A stretch of 63,117 bases of DNA, the filler included, from Octopus bimaculoides (Eukaryota), in NCBI RefSeq assembly GCF_001194135.2. It is 5 parts of 4 records of this genome, joined end to end, with 100 filler letters (N's around TTAATTAATTAA, not from the genome) between each part and the next. Parts side by side here need not be neighbours in the genome. Positions count along the whole stretch, not along the records: positions 60,969 to 63,117 come from NC_068985.1; 4 more parts are not named here. One strand, written 5' to 3'. Shown here piece by piece: positions 63,026-63,117 of this stretch. The notes under the pieces were generated by a model. That model ran no database searches. It was not told the DNA's origin and was given only the letters and a program-made list of their open reading frames with translations. Positions within the stretch are counted from its first letter, which is position 1, and the number at the start of each line of letters is the position of its first letter. The position numbers and the translations under genes are program-made.

Positions 63026-63068
<43 letters not shown>

Positions 63069-63117
63069 TATGGTGGTGGTGGTGGTGGTAGTAGTATTAG
63101 TAGTAGTAGTGGTGGTG
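62280..63117. repeat. Long compound trinucleotide tract (CAC/CAA, CAT, GAT, GTA/GTG)
   Basis: Read directly. Confidence 0.95.

Overview
This is AT-rich, repeat-dense eukaryotic genomic DNA, roughly 9% N by hand count. Four 100-nt gaps carry an artificial TTAATTAATTAA linker. The repeat families resemble coleoid cephalopod (Octopus-like) sequence; this is my recollection, not a database result. There is no intact long CDS, rRNA, true tRNA or CRISPR array, and nearly all ORF-track entries are microsatellite or N-run artefacts. Supported content: (1) several tRNA-headed SINE families, labelled A-D here, some with clear TSDs; (2) decayed LINE fragments of RTE type and of R4/Dong-like RLE type; (3) DNA transposon relics (Tc1/mariner, Academ-like, and piggyBac-, hAT- and Harbinger-type MITEs); (4) compound microsatellites and local tandem duplications; (5) a few low-confidence candidate exons with no recognisable protein. 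Most notable observations: minimal hammerhead ribozyme motifs in Penelope-like termini (an inverted pair at 42.9-43.1 kb, one with an extended stem I at 47.9 kb, a degenerate one at 36.5 kb); a CpG-depleted domain at about 48-60 kb where TE copies show CpG decay compared with sister copies outside it; nested TE insertions that give a relative chronology; several fold-back dsRNA candidates; and a candidate promoter with an RFX X-box at 38.5 kb.
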